Source of the DNA: Bacillota bacterium
GTDB taxonomy: Bacteria > Bacillota > Clostridia > Oscillospirales > Oscillospiraceae
Direction: 5' to 3'
Assembly (NCBI GenBank): GCA_029098045.1
Contig: JAQXNO010000113.1
Location: forward strand, 1 to 52,236
DNA length: 52,236 nt
Shown here: positions 37,180-45,268 of the stretch, piece after piece
Layout of the letters: each line of letters opens with the position of its first letter
Position numbering within the stretch: position 1 is the stretch's first letter
Program-made: the position numbers and the translations under genes
Notes under the pieces: model-generated
Databases searched by the model: none
What the model saw: the letters and a program-made list of their open reading frames with translations, nothing else
Told to the model about the DNA's origin: nothing

Positions 37180-37238
37180 TGCGGAATTCTGGATTGAAAG
37201 CATCCCTATCAGCTGGACAAATTGATACAATCGCACGT

Positions 37239-37280
37239 AAAAAGTCGCTTGCCATACCGGATGTGTGGCAAGCGACTTTT
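37239..37280. terminator. Bidirectional intrinsic terminator
   Basis: AAAAAGTCGCTTGCCATAC-CGGAT-GTGTGGCAAGCGACTTTT between convergent genes. Confidence 0.85.
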
Positions 37281-37316
37281 GTTGTACCAATCTTCCTTCG
37301 CCGGGGATTGGCTTTC

Positions 37317-38432
37317 TTATCGGAATTCGTATGATTCGGCTGCTTCCTCCGTGCCGTCGGCGGCCTCCTCCTGAGAGCTTCGGGCGGAGCGGACGAGATT
37401 TGCCAGCTCCGAGCTCAGGAGGTCGCGGATATTCTCGTTGGCGTGCAAAGCCTTTATGGAGGCGATGATATTCTGGGGCCGCATAATCTCACTGGTATGC
37501 TCCGCACCGCCGGCACTGAGCAGATCGAATACCGTGTCAATGAATTCGCTGCGCTCCTGATTGGGCATATTTGCCAACCAGCTTTTGAAGGTGCGATCCA
37601 GGAACCGGGAGTCCGGCGTCAGCTCGGCCACGCGGAGGAAGTCCGCACCCATGACCATCCAGCTGTAGGGGTCATGCTGCAGCAGACCCACCTGATTGCT
37701 CTTGATGATGATGTGAGGCTCCTCGTGCTCCAGCAGCATGCCGATAACCGAGGACTGGGGCACAAAGGTACGAAGCTTGGGCAGGATGCGCTGATAGCCG
37801 GGATCGTTCATCATCTCCCCGGAAAAGCCGGGGCCGTCCTGATTGTGAACCTCCAGGATCCGCTCCTGCAGAAGCGCGCCGCATTTTGCCGCGGCATAGG
37901 CCGCAAGATTGCCGCCCTTGGAGTGTCCGCCGATCCAGATGGGAATGGGGTGCGCGTCCGCGAATTCCTGCACATATTCCAGCGCCAGACGCTGGGCGGG
38001 GATGCTGGACTGGAAGGTCATGTTGAAATCCTCTTTCCAGCCCACAAGGGTGCTGTCGGTGCCCCGGAAGGCCAGGAAGGCACTGCCATCGTCCAGAAAA
38101 AATGTGACGGCGGCAAACTGCGTCTCTACCTCGGGAATCAAAATGCTGCGGTAAAAGGACATTTTCAGGTTGGAAAACCGGGGCGATTGTGCCGCAGCCT
38201 CCAGAAGCTCCAAGTCCTTTTTGACACGCACATGGCTTTCCTGATCTTCCAGAGAAAAAAGACCCGTTGCCGCTTCCGACAGGGACACCTGCCGCAGGGG
38301 AGAATCCGGCACAATATCTTCAAACCGTATGTAGGAAAGAGCGGAAAAAATCAGTGCGTCTACGGGATTGACCGGCATCCGGGAGAATGGAATATCTCCG
38401 CGCCAGGCAAGATAATCCAGCATATCAGCCAT
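37317..38432 (-). CDS. DUF2974 (Mbeg1-like) alpha/beta hydrolase, putative lipase
   Basis: DYLAWRGD, QFAAVTF, AFRGTD..GWKEDF, GGHSKGGNLA, DGPGF, QHDPYSW. Confidence 0.9.
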   Translation of the reverse strand: MADMLDYLAWRGDIPFSRMPVNPVDALIFSALSYIRFEDIVPDSPLRQVSLSEAATGLFSLEDQESHVRVKKDLELLEAAAQSPRFSNLKMSFYRSILIPEVETQFAAVTFFLDDGSAFLAFRGTDSTLVGWKEDFNMTFQSSIPAQRLALEYVQEFADAHPIPIWIGGHSKGGNLAAYAAAKCGALLQERILEVHNQDGPGFSGEMMNDPGYQRILPKLRTFVPQSSVIGMLLEHEEPHIIIKSNQVGLLQHDPYSWMVMGADFLRVAELTPDSRFLDRTFKSWLANMPNQERSEFIDTVFDLLSAGGAEHTSEIMRPQNIIASIKALHANENIRDLLSSELANLVRSARSSQEEAADGTEEAAESYEFR

Positions 38433-38499
38433 GGAAAACCCTCCTTTTCATGATGTGTCTATTATATGCCATTTGAACGCCTAATTCAATGGAAAAATG

Positions 38500-38525
38500 A
38501 AAAGCAGCCCCCAAGCGGGGGCTGC
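38500..38525 (-). terminator. Intrinsic terminator after the M20 gene
   Basis: GCAGCCCCC-N4-GGGGGCTGC followed by a T tract on the minus strand. Confidence 0.7.
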
Positions 38526-38536
38526 TGCAAACTGTA

Positions 38537-39979
38537 TTACAGATCGTATCCGCGCAGGAACATCTTGAAGAACCGCACACCCTCGGCAAGTGCGGCCACG
38601 GTGACGTTTTCATCCACCGCATGGCAGCCGGCAGACTGGGCATTGGTCATGCGCACAGGGGCAAACCGCAGGGCATTCTCTGTCAGCTGATGGAAGTGAC
38701 GGCAGTCGGTGCCGCCCATGATGATGTAGGGGGCAATGCCGGCGTCGGGGAACTGGTTGCGGATGCACTGGCAGACATAGGCGTATTCCTTGGAATGGAT
38801 GTTGGAAACCGGGGACGCATCCCGCTGCATGAGCACTTCAATCTCCAAATCATATTTGGCTGCGTACTTCTTCATGACCGCAAGAGAGGCTTCGCAGCCC
38901 TGATGGACGCTGGTGCGCAGGTTTGCCACCAGATACGGTTCCTTTGGAATCACATTGGCCGCATCGGAGCCGCGCATTTGCGTGAAGCAGCAGGTGGTTG
39001 CCATGACTGCCTCGCCGAAGGGGGAGACCTTGGGCATCAGCGCCATGAGCAGTGGCTTGAACAGCCAGATATTGCCCAAAATCAGACGCATGGGGAAGCG
39101 GAAGGAGGGTGCCATTTGGGAGAACATCTCCACCACTTCCGGCAGCAGCTTCTTTTGGAAGGGACGCTTGCGTTCGATCTCGTTTGCAAAGGCAAAGAGC
39201 CGGGCGGCGGGGGTACCCCGGGGCGGGGTGGAGCTGTGACCGCCCTTGCCCCGGGCGGTGATCTTCAGATCCATGTAACCCTTTTCCGTGATGCCTATGA
39301 CCGCGTAGGGGCGATCCATACCGGCCACGGCTTCCTCGATGACCGCTCCGCCCTCATCCATGACAAGGGCAAAGGTGATGCCTTTTTCCTTTAAGTACCG
39401 CACGGCGGCAGCGGCGCCGTCACCGCCGGTCTCCTCGTTGATGGAGTATTCCAGATACACGTCGCATTTGGGCGTGAAGCCCTCCGCAAGCAGCTCTTCC
39501 ACTGCCTGAAGCTCCACATACATGGTGGATTTGCAGTCCATGGAACCGCGGCCGTAGAGATCGCCGTCGATCACCTCACCGCTGTAGGCATCCACGCGCC
39601 AGCCCTCATTGGAGGCAGGCACCACGTCCTGATGTCCCATGAGCAGGATGGGCTTTCTGGCAGGGTCGCTGCCCTTCCAGCGGTACAGCAAGGTGCCGTT
39701 CAGAATTGTTTTCTCCAGATTTTGATGCAGCAGGGGGAACTGGGCTTCCATGACGGCATGGAGCCTGTAAAAGTCGGACAGGTCTTCGTCCTCCCGTCTG
39801 GAGACAGTGGGAACCTGAACCATGGCACCCAGCTTCGCGGCGGCGACAGCGCATTCTTCCTCCGTGATGGCGGTGTGGCAGGCATCAGGTGCCGGTGCTT
39901 TGATCAGCAGGGTGCGTACCACCGCGACGCACAGCAAAAGCACAATCAGAGCCAGAAGGCCAAGCAGAACAAAACTCAT
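38537..39979 (-). CDS. M20 family metallo-amidohydrolase, membrane-anchored (carboxypeptidase S / PM20D1-like)
   Basis: N-terminal TM, LMGHQDVVP, GRGSMDCK, NEETGG, VMDEGG, GGHSSTPP, GGTDCRHF, HAVDE. Confidence 0.88.
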   Translation of the reverse strand: MSFVLLGLLALIVLLLCVAVVRTLLIKAPAPDACHTAITEEECAVAAAKLGAMVQVPTVSRREDEDLSDFYRLHAVMEAQFPLLHQNLEKTILNGTLLYRWKGSDPARKPILLMGHQDVVPASNEGWRVDAYSGEVIDGDLYGRGSMDCKSTMYVELQAVEELLAEGFTPKCDVYLEYSINEETGGDGAAAAVRYLKEKGITFALVMDEGGAVIEEAVAGMDRPYAVIGITEKGYMDLKITARGKGGHSSTPPRGTPAARLFAFANEIERKRPFQKKLLPEVVEMFSQMAPSFRFPMRLILGNIWLFKPLLMALMPKVSPFGEAVMATTCCFTQMRGSDAANVIPKEPYLVANLRTSVHQGCEASLAVMKKYAAKYDLEIEVLMQRDASPVSNIHSKEYAYVCQCIRNQFPDAGIAPYIIMGGTDCRHFHQLTENALRFAPVRMTNAQSAGCHAVDENVTVAALAEGVRFFKMFLRGYDL

Positions 39980-39988
39980 GACGGCACC

Positions 39989-41374
39989 TCACTTTGTCTG
40001 GTCAGCACGCATGGCGGCCATGTCCTTTTCAATGGGGTGGAAGAACACGATCACCAGCATGATGCACGCAACGGCCATGGGAACCCAGCCCAGCAGGGCG
40101 CAGATGGTGTTCAGAGCGGCCTGGGGCTGCGCGGGAAGCTCCGCGTTGAAGCCTGCCATGGCCAGAACGGAGGTCATCAGCAGATTTGCACCTGCCTTGG
40201 CCAGCTTGCTGGCCAGATTGTCACAGGTGGAAACCAGACTGTCAATGCGGCGGCCGTTTTTCCATTCCACAAGGTCGGCGATGTTGTTGCGGTTGGTATT
40301 GAAGCAGACAAAGGCCAGTGCCATGGAGAAGGCGACGGTGATGCCGTTGAAATAGATGGCGCCCATGGAATAGGGATCCAGCACGAACCAGATTTTTCCC
40401 AGCGCGTAGATGAGCGCGGAGCAGATCATGGTTTTTGTTCTGCCCAATTTTTTGTCGATGGGGGTGGCGCACAGGGTTGCAATGACGGAGACCACCAGAA
40501 ATACGGCCAGAATGGGCGTTGCAGCGGAGGCGGAGCCCAGAATGTAGGTGGCATAGTAGTTGATGGTGCTCATGATCAGCAGGTTCAGCATACCGTAGCA
40601 GATGATGTAGAGCATATTCATGACCCAGCTGCGGCAGCTCAGGAGCATTCTGACGGCTGCAAGGAAGCTGATTCTGGAATCGTCTGCCTCCTGCTGTCTG
40701 ACACGCTCTTTTGTGGTAAAGTAGTGGGCGAAGCTGCCGCAGATACACACAAGACCCATGACAATGGCGGCGCAGAAGAAGGCATGGCGGCCGTTGGCAT
40801 CCTGCAGCACATTGCCGCTGGCATCCAGTCCGCCAAACAGACCCAGCAGGGGATACAGGGCCAGAGAACCGATGGCGGAACCGAAGCAGCCGCCCAGATT
40901 TCTGGCCACATTGATGGCACGGCGATCCGCATCCCGGTTGGTGGCAAGGCTGCCCATGGAGTTGTAGGGAATGGCGGCAAAGGTGTTGAACAGCTCAAAC
41001 AGGAAGTAGATGGCGATGCAGATGCCAAACTTGAAGGCATAGGCCACATCGAAGCAGGTAAACATCAGCACAGTGAATGCCGCCCATGGAATCGCGCACC
41101 ACAGCGCAAAGGGACGGCACATTTCACCGTTTTTGAACCGGTGATTGACCGCCCAGTAACCCACCAGCGGATCGTTGATGGCATCCCACAGAATGCCCAC
41201 TGCGGTGATGATGCCCGCATGGGCGATTTTCAGACCCATCACATTGGTCAGGAAAAACAGATAAAACAGATCCTTGAAATTAAAGACCACGTTGCTGGCT
41301 GTGGAGAAGGTACAAAAGCCCAGCTTTTCCGCAAATCCAATGGGCGGGGTTTCGGTGTACTTTTTGGTAGTCAT
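39989..41374 (-). CDS. GPH (glycoside-pentoside-hexuronide) family MFS symporter
   Basis: WDAINDPLVG, IPYNSMGSL, TKERV, ADLVEWKNGRR. 9-nt gap to the M20 gene. Confidence 0.88.
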   Translation of the reverse strand: MTTKKYTETPPIGFAEKLGFCTFSTASNVVFNFKDLFYLFFLTNVMGLKIAHAGIITAVGILWDAINDPLVGYWAVNHRFKNGEMCRPFALWCAIPWAAFTVLMFTCFDVAYAFKFGICIAIYFLFELFNTFAAIPYNSMGSLATNRDADRRAINVARNLGGCFGSAIGSLALYPLLGLFGGLDASGNVLQDANGRHAFFCAAIVMGLVCICGSFAHYFTTKERVRQQEADDSRISFLAAVRMLLSCRSWVMNMLYIICYGMLNLLIMSTINYYATYILGSASAATPILAVFLVVSVIATLCATPIDKKLGRTKTMICSALIYALGKIWFVLDPYSMGAIYFNGITVAFSMALAFVCFNTNRNNIADLVEWKNGRRIDSLVSTCDNLASKLAKAGANLLMTSVLAMAGFNAELPAQPQAALNTICALLGWVPMAVACIMLVIVFFHPIEKDMAAMRADQTK

Positions 41375-41488
41375 TTCATCACGCTCGTTTCAATTCAGGA
41401 TGTCTCTGATTATACCACAGATGTACACGCCTGACAACCAAAAAGTCCCAAAATCCGAAGATTCTGGGACACCGGCTTTCATCATGGA

Positions 41489-42211
41489 TTACACATCCGC
41501 GGCATTGGCGCGGATAACCGCTTCGATTCTTTCTTTGACCATGGCCGCAACTTCCGTTGCTTTCATGTTCTCAAATTCCGAGTAGGGGATGGGCTTCAGG
41601 TAATGCAGCTGAACGGTGAGCTGGTTGGAGCCCTTCTGATCCAGCACCTTGAAGCAGTCGATGAAGGCCACGGGAATAATGGGGCACTTGGCCTTGATGG
41701 CACAGCGGAAGCTGCCGCCGTGGAAATCACCCATCCGATTGCCGTTTTTGCTGCGGGTGCCCTCGGGGAAGATGATGTAGCTGCGCCCCTTTTTCAGCTC
41801 CTCCGTCACATTCTGAATGACCGTCAGAGACTGGCGCACATCCTCCCGATCCATGGGAAAGGATCTGGTGCAGGAGATGACCTGCTTCAGAAACGGAATA
41901 TTCTGCAGCTCCTTTTTCAACACGGTGCCCAGTGGCGTGGGGCAGGTGGCGGCAATGGCCACCACGTCGAACATACCCTGATGGTTGCCATACAGCATAA
42001 AGGGTGTTCCGGGAGCGGGGATGTTTTCCACACCGGTCACCTGCAGCTCCACATTGCCGGAGCGTATGCCCAGCTTCATGATGTTGCTGATATGATCCCA
42101 GCGTTCCTGTTCGGGGTAGGCATCGGGGTTTGCGGCATAACGGCAGAGCTTCAAAAAGAAACCCGGTACCTTCAGAATGTTGCGTGCCACCATAAGTACT
42201 AAACGATTCAA
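41489..42211 (-). CDS. plsC: 1-acyl-sn-glycerol-3-phosphate acyltransferase
   Basis: NHQGMFD (HX4D), KKEL, FPEGTRS, PIIPV. Probable TTG start at 42211 after AGGAGG. Confidence 0.88.
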   Translation of the reverse strand: MNRLVLMVARNILKVPGFFLKLCRYAANPDAYPEQERWDHISNIMKLGIRSGNVELQVTGVENIPAPGTPFMLYGNHQGMFDVVAIAATCPTPLGTVLKKELQNIPFLKQVISCTRSFPMDREDVRQSLTVIQNVTEELKKGRSYIIFPEGTRSKNGNRMGDFHGGSFRCAIKAKCPIIPVAFIDCFKVLDQKGSNQLTVQLHYLKPIPYSEFENMKATEVAAMVKERIEAVIRANAADV

Positions 42212-42234
42212 CCTTATATTCCTCCTGATTGTCT

Positions 42235-42780
42235 TCAACGGTGCATCAGCCGGTATAGAATGGCACCCATCTGCCCGGGCGTTTTTTGATAGTTGGTTTG
42301 ATGCCAGGTGAAAATGAGACCGATGCCACCGCTGACGGTGAAGACGATCTCCTCCAGCACATCCTCCGCTCTGACACCCATGATGCGGGCATATTCCGGC
42401 TCTTCCTCCAGAATGCAGCGAACCGCCCGCTGAAGGATTTGTTCGCCCTGTCCATTGCGGAACATGGCATCCAACAAAGGCCTCTGGGTCTGCCAGTATT
42501 CAAAAACGCGGCAGCAGGTGTCCAGGGATGGGCTGCGGCTGCCCGGCTCCGGGATGCAGTAAGTCGGGCCATTCATAATGGCACGATCCAGCAGGGCGTG
42601 CAGACAGCTGTCTTTGCTGTCGAAGTAACGGTAGAAGGACTTGCGGGAGATACCCGCACGGGCGCTGATATCGCCAACGGTGATCTGCTCCAGCGGGCGC
42701 TCCGTCATCAATTCCAGCAGACATTGTTCCAGATTCCGCTGCCGCAGCGCGCCGGCTTCCGATGTGCAGTGCTTGTACAT
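42235..42780 (-). CDS. TetR/AcrR family transcriptional regulator
   Basis: ITVGDISARAGISRKSFYRYFDSKD HTH. Confidence 0.9.
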   Translation of the reverse strand: MYKHCTSEAGALRQRNLEQCLLELMTERPLEQITVGDISARAGISRKSFYRYFDSKDSCLHALLDRAIMNGPTYCIPEPGSRSPSLDTCCRVFEYWQTQRPLLDAMFRNGQGEQILQRAVRCILEEEPEYARIMGVRAEDVLEEIVFTVSGGIGLIFTWHQTNYQKTPGQMGAILYRLMHR

Positions 42781-42812
42781 GATGCCCCTCACTTGCATGA
42801 TACTTTGACAAT

Positions 42813-42931
42813 ATAGTAATGGAATTTTTGACAGTTGTCAATATACCCAAACTTTCATCGACAAAATTTCACGCAGGGGTTACAAATTCCAGAATTTGTC
42901 CCTTGTTCACAGGTTGTTAAAATACTATAAT
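42813..42931. promoter_or_regulatory. Divergent promoters with candidate operators
   Basis: Minus TTGACA (42841-42836)-N17-TACTAT (42818-42813). Plus TTGTTC (42903-42908)-N17-TATAAT (42926-42931). Palindromes TTGACA-GT-TGTCAA (42828-42841) and ACAAATTC-CA-GAATTTGT (42882-42899). Confidence 0.6.
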
Positions 42932-42993
42932 GGGTTTGTAAATTGTGCAGCTTTGTTTATGCAAAGTGACACTGCTTAGAGGAGGATATTCAA

Positions 42994-44415
42994 ATGGCAA
43001 AAACTGTCCAACTGGACGAGCACGGCTACCGCAGGTTCGGTGTCCGCGACCGTCTGGCTTATGCTGCGGGCGACTTCGGCTGCAACATGAGCTTCGCCCT
43101 GAAAGGCACCGTCTCCGTCTTCTGGACCCAGTATATGCAGGTCAGCGTGGAAGCGATGGCTGTGCTGCTGCTGATTGTTCAGGTGTGGGACGCAGTCAAT
43201 GACCCCGTGATCGGCGCTATGGTCGATGCCGACAGGCACCAGTATAAGCGCAACAAGTTCCTGCAGTACATCTGGGTTGGCTCCATCGGTCTGCTGGTGG
43301 CCGGCGCGGCAATGTTCCTGCCCTTCCCCAATGCGCCCATGGTTCTCAAGTACGTCCTGTTCGTGCTGGGCTACATCCTGTGGGATGCTTTCTACACCAT
43401 CGCAAACGTGCCCTATGGCTCTCTGCTGTCCCTGATCTCCAATGATCCCGGCGACCGCGCAACCCTGTCCGTGTTCCGCTCTGTCGGTTCCATGGTCGGC
43501 AACATTCTGCCCGCTGTTTTGCTGCCCTTCCTGATTTACAAGAACAACGAGCTGCAGGGCAACGTTGTATTCTGGGCTGCCCTGCTGATGGGCGCCGCCG
43601 GCTTCCTGTGCTTCCAGTACATGATCAAGAACACCGTCATCCGCGTGGAGCGTGAAGTCAAGTGCAACGATGAGGACGATAAGGTTGACGTCTTTGGCGT
43701 GTTTAAGTCCTTCGGTTCCTTCTTCCGCAACCGCGCTGCCGTCGGTGCAACCCTGGCTCCTGTGGGTATGTTCCTCGGTATGTATGGCGCCCAGTACGCT
43801 ACCGTCGCTATGTACCAGTCCTACTTCCAGAACGCGCAGCTGTCCGGCCTGATGGGTATGATCTCTTACCTCCCCATGTTCCTCTTCATGCCCTTCGCCC
43901 GTAAGATCGCCCTGAAGTTTGGCAAGAAGGAAGGCGTCACCGTGGGTGCTGCCGTTTCCCTGATCGGCTACGCACTGCTGCTGATCCTGCCCATCACCCC
44001 CGACAACAAGGGTATGATTCTGTGGGCTGCCGGAATGCTGGTCGCCGGTGTCGGCGGCGGCTTCTATCAGGCAGTTTCCTGGTCTCTGATGGCCGATGCC
44101 ATGGACTACGGCGAGTGGAAGTTCGGCATCCGCGAAGAGGGCACCACCTACGCCCTGCACTCCTTCTTCCGCAAGCTGGCACAGGGCATCGGACCCTCCT
44201 GCGGTCTGCTGATGGCTGGCGCCCTGGGCTTCGTGGAGGCCAATGGCGGTCACCAGACCATGGAAGTCGCTACCAACATGCGTTGGCTGGCTGCCGGTGC
44301 TTACACTCTGTCCGGTGTGATCATGTTCGTCGCTTTGGCTCTGGTCTACAATCTGGATAAGAAGACCCTGGCCAAGATCGAGGAAGATCTGGAAGCCCGC
44401 AAAGCATCCAAGTAA
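42994..44415 (+). CDS. GPH family MFS symporter
   Basis: AYAAGDFGCN, WDAVNDPVIG, ANVPYGSL, ADAMDYGEWKFGIREEG, SFFRKLAQG. Strongly biased codon usage. Confidence 0.92.
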   Translation: MAKTVQLDEHGYRRFGVRDRLAYAAGDFGCNMSFALKGTVSVFWTQYMQVSVEAMAVLLLIVQVWDAVNDPVIGAMVDADRHQYKRNKFLQYIWVGSIGLLVAGAAMFLPFPNAPMVLKYVLFVLGYILWDAFYTIANVPYGSLLSLISNDPGDRATLSVFRSVGSMVGNILPAVLLPFLIYKNNELQGNVVFWAALLMGAAGFLCFQYMIKNTVIRVEREVKCNDEDDKVDVFGVFKSFGSFFRNRAAVGATLAPVGMFLGMYGAQYATVAMYQSYFQNAQLSGLMGMISYLPMFLFMPFARKIALKFGKKEGVTVGAAVSLIGYALLLILPITPDNKGMILWAAGMLVAGVGGGFYQAVSWSLMADAMDYGEWKFGIREEGTTYALHSFFRKLAQGIGPSCGLLMAGALGFVEANGGHQTMEVATNMRWLAAGAYTLSGVIMFVALALVYNLDKKTLAKIEEDLEARKASK

Positions 44416-44433
44416 TTTCAATGCACGACTATC

Positions 44434-44465
44434 AAAATTCCCTCCGGGATCCCGGAGGGAATTTT
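44434..44465. terminator. Terminator formed by a perfect 32-bp palindrome
   Basis: AAAATTCCCTCCGGGATCCCGGAGGGAATTTT. Confidence 0.85.
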
Positions 44466-44530
44466 CAACTTGGAATTTGTCGGGAACTGTGATAAAATAC
44501 TGGAACACTCGGACAAAGGCAGGAAACACA

Positions 44531-44965
44531 ATGAAAGCGTATTTTGCGAAACTGAAGTATCTGTTTAAGTGGAGAGATCTGGCGTTCACGGTGCTGCTGT
44601 TCGGCATCATTCTCAGCATTGCCTTCTGCAAGGCGCAGAATCTGGTGGAAGTGTCCTTCGGAGAAAAGGCGGTGGATATCGCTTCTGCCAAATACAGCAT
44701 GAACATTCCCTATGATATGATTGAATCCGTGGAACTGGCGCAAATCTGCGAAGATGACAAAATCGTCAATGCCAGAGCGGATATGGCACTGCGCACGGGG
44801 CAGTGGACCAATGCCCTTTGGGGAGAATACTCTGCCTGTATCGATATGCAGACGGATGTGTGCGTGCTGGTTCACCTGAAGGACGGCAGATTCTTTGCGT
44901 TCAGCAGCAAGAGCGAGGAAGTCACAAAGCAGGCCTGCCAGACGCTCCTGGATAAAATAGGCTGA
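44531..44965 (+). CDS. Hypothetical single-TM protein, possibly with a bacterial PH-like domain
   Basis: One TM, IPYDMIESVEL, GQWTNALWGEY. Promoter TTGGAA-N17-TAAAAT at 44470-44498. Confidence 0.7.
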   Translation: MKAYFAKLKYLFKWRDLAFTVLLFGIILSIAFCKAQNLVEVSFGEKAVDIASAKYSMNIPYDMIESVELAQICEDDKIVNARADMALRTGQWTNALWGEYSACIDMQTDVCVLVHLKDGRFFAFSSKSEEVTKQACQTLLDKIG

Positions 44966-45268
44966 CATGAATTCGCGCTTCTTCCGGGGAAAGCCCGGTG
45001 ACCGGAAACGGCAATATGCATATGTGCAAGCACGCATGATCTTCACCATGCGTACTTCCGACTATTTGCGCCATTTTTGCGCATTTTTGCCGGGATATGG
45101 CCGAAAAGGCCGCAATCCATCCGTTTCCGCCGAAAGATTCTGCCGGTTCTTCCTGCGAAAGTTCGCACCGCAGGTTGAATTGCGGTAACAATTGTGATAT
45201 AATCAACGTAAGGAAGGCTTTCAGTGAAAGCCCCGGGGAGTCTGCTTTTCGTTATCGGAGGATTCACG

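Noticed and set aside
44467-44498. AATTTGTCGGGAACTG, similar to the cassette end motif at 10987-11008
   Set aside because: Better explained as the spacer of a TTGGAA-N17-TAAAAT promoter. I see no partner repeat after the gene and no obvious GC drop.
44966-45175. Possible c-di-GMP riboswitch upstream of the cyclase (several GAAA-capped hairpins)
   Set aside because: Lacks the GGCAAAC..GAAA..GACGCAAAGC arrangement and lies upstream of the predicted promoter at 45175-45203.
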